Source: Lingula anatina | Taxonomy: Eukaryota; Animalia; Brachiopoda | Length of the DNA: 64,000 nucleotides | NCBI GenBank assembly: GCA_051362555.1 | Contig: CM120642.1 | Location: 20,460,001 to 20,524,000, forward strand | Direction of reading: 5' to 3' | In this document: in pieces, positions 61,855 through 64,000 of the stretch | How the letters are laid out: every line of letters starts with the position of its first letter | Numbering within the stretch: the stretch's first letter is position 1 | Translations under genes and position numbers: made by a program | Notes under the pieces: model-generated | The model's input: the letters and a program-made list of their open reading frames with translations, nothing else | Database searches by the model: none | What the model was told of the DNA's origin: nothing

Positions 61855-61968
61855 GTTGGACCTCACATGGGGACAGGCCCAGCACAAAGCCAGAGATAGG
61901 GCCAAGTGGAAAGAAGTGACTGTGGCCTTATGTCCCACACGGGACGAAGAGGAATGATGATGATGATG
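61855..61968 (+). mobile_element. 5'-truncated RTE-like LINE 3' end with (TGA)n tail and target-site duplication
   Basis: Encodes LTWGQAQHKARDRAKWKEVTVALCPTRDEEE*, typical of RTE-clade ORF C-termini; TGATGATGATGATGA tail; flanked by AACCCCCTTTTT / AACCCCTTTTT. Confidence 0.75.
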
Positions 61969-62632
61969 AACCCCTTTTTAGACCCAAAGCCAGTGTTACG
62001 CTGTTTTACGGACTAAAATATGGAATTATGGTTTCGCGTCTAAAATCGGTCTGAGCCAAAAACTTCTTGCGTATGTTTTAACTTTTGTCTTCTGACATGT
62101 GCAGTCTGCTTGTTATAATTTCTTGCTACAAGGCAAAGACATGCGTAAAGAAACCTTGTTTGAAGTGTCGCTCAGTTCTTTGCGAAACAAATTATCCATG
62201 GCCAATATGCTGCTATGTTTATACATTTTAGCATGTTTGTGTTAAAAGATTTAAATCAAGTCTTCGTACAACAAACACCAGGTACATAAAATTCGGTCTT
62301 TCCAACACTGGGATTAAACTGAGGGAGGGTGCGTAATTCTGCTTTTTATTCGTATTTTCATCTACCAAAGCAGTTCGTCTCCAATGCACTGACCCCACTT
62401 GCGCTTTATTATTTTTTTCATCCGCTATCACTCACCATTTCGTTATCTTTTTTCAACCACATCAAAGTAAATGGCGTCGGCGTCCATGACCATTGCGACA
62501 GGTGAGACTGGTCTCAACTTGAACACATTTCGCGGCTTGCTGAGGCTTTGAATATATCCTTTAGACTGGGTTCCCATCCCTAGATCAGGAACGGTCCATC
62601 TCTACTAGGTTTTTTGCTAAATTGATTTCGAT

Positions 62633-62733
62633 TTAAGTGGCTTAGATGTCTGGGACGTCTACTAAAACTGCTAAACGATAGTTAATTACCCCTATCAGCC
62701 TCAGTAGGCGTGACAGACATCTAAGCCGCTTAA
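62633..62733. repeat. 31-bp imperfect inverted repeat, probably the core of a foldback element spanning ~62560-62813
   Basis: TTAAGTGGCTTAGATGTCTGGGACGTCTACT versus reverse complement TTAAGCGGCTTAGATGTCTGTCACGCCTACT; weaker outer arms GTTCCCA..CCCTA / TAGGG..TGGGAAC. Confidence 0.7.
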
Positions 62734-64000
62734 GTTAATTGCATTAATCGAGAATCCCCTTGAAGATAGTTCGATCCAAAGTTAGTTCGATAGGGTCTGG
62801 GAACGGTCTCTTAGATGTAGGGACAGCTAACCACAAAACTTCTTCCCTCGAAAAAATTAGGCGAGGCGGGGGGGGGGGGTATTTAGAAATTTAACAGATA
62901 AAGTGTTAAACTGAAGTAGTAAGAGTTTATCTATTAAAATAATAAAAAATCAACATTGGACTAGTAAAAAGATTTGAACTACTTTATCAAAAGAGAGTTT
63001 ATTCACAAGCAACGGAGGCAAACCGCATGGAAGCATGAAATACAGGATATACATGTCACAGCTTTTAAAAATAAACATTTTTATTGATGAATTTGAACTA
63101 CATTGTTCATTATTGCTACAAGTTCATGACTGGGTACAGTAAAACGAGGCAGTTCGGTATAAAAGTGTTTATATATCGTTATTTGGATCAAAATAATTAT
63201 CTTTGATAGGGCTATTTTCCAAAAGATGGTTAATCTCTGCAGGCTTGTAGACCGCAGAGGGTTATAAAATATAGTCTGGAAAGCAGTTGGCACATTTTTT
63301 TCTTTTTCCTGTCTTTCAGTACACAAATAGTCTTTTACTGAATGCTGAAATGTAGAATGCATGTTTTTTATGCTTACTGAAATTCTTTTGAAAAACGTAA
63401 CAGGACTAGTTAAGATAAATGTTTAATATTTGTTATTGTCTTAACGCTTGATCGTAATAAACAAATAATTCATTCTAAACAACAAAGGACCGTTTTGCTT
63501 ATTTTGGTGAATGAAAGCTCTAACAACTTCAGCATAATAAATTTGATCAGAGATTAGAAATGACAGAAATATTCAGCATGTCGCTATAAAGGCCTGACCA
63601 TAATAGGTTCTCGCTCTACGCCTTTCACTACCGAACGAACATTCCCGTAATTAGCAAAGGAAATGCATGCAGCGGAGTAAATTTTAACAATACAAATAGA
63701 ATATACAGGTCAAGGAACAGAATTTGAAATGTCAGCGGGATGGGTAAAGCAGGTTACCGCTTTTCTTGTGAGAAAATAATTATTGAGATCTATTCATTTT
63801 CCTATAGAAAAAGAAAATTCAGCCGTTGGTGCAGGTGATGTAGTTGATATCAACCGTAATAATTCAATTCAATTATTATTTATTATTCAATTTATGTCTC
63901 TGCTGGTACATAGATTATCATGACCTTGTTCAATATAATATAATATAGGCCTTATAACAACAATGCAACTGATGCATCACCCATTTGCATTTGGTATTTG

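Noticed and set aside
16700-64000. Dozens of 60-130 aa ORFs in the intergenic regions (e.g. 22350-22544, 36083-36460, 52821-53159, 57279-57503)
   Set aside because: Composition typical of AT-rich non-coding DNA or microsatellites (F/I/L/K-rich, RERE, HTHT); no domain motifs or coherent splice chains

Overview
AT-rich invertebrate metazoan genomic DNA with GT-AG introns, microsatellites and MITEs. A spiralian/lophotrochozoan source is inferred from the POU4 sequence but not proven. Three genes are supported. (1) 1056-13633 (+): an 18-exon gene that I assembled by hand (~1770-1790 aa). It encodes a secreted mosaic collagen: signal peptide - divergent C-type-lectin-like region - vWA with intact MIDAS - SUEL/Gal-lectin-like - 6 EGF - ~237 Gly-X-Y triplets rich in Y-position Thr - Cys cluster - a C-terminal globular domain resembling a lysozyme-like fold without its catalytic Glu. 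(2) 15531-16637 (-): a convergent, intronless, secreted chitin-deacetylase (CE4)-like gene with all three metal ligands and the catalytic His substituted, i.e. a predicted pseudoenzyme. (3) 42413-43789 (+): a two-exon POU4/Brn3 gene inside ~45 kb of largely non-coding DNA. A candidate 94-aa secreted ORF lies at 55197-55481. The most interesting candidate system is the tail-to-tail pair of the lectin/vWA/EGF collagen and the dead deacetylase, possibly a glycan (chitin)-collagen matrix-building module made of deactivated carbohydrate-active folds. Domain calls come from motif recognition by eye; no searches were run.
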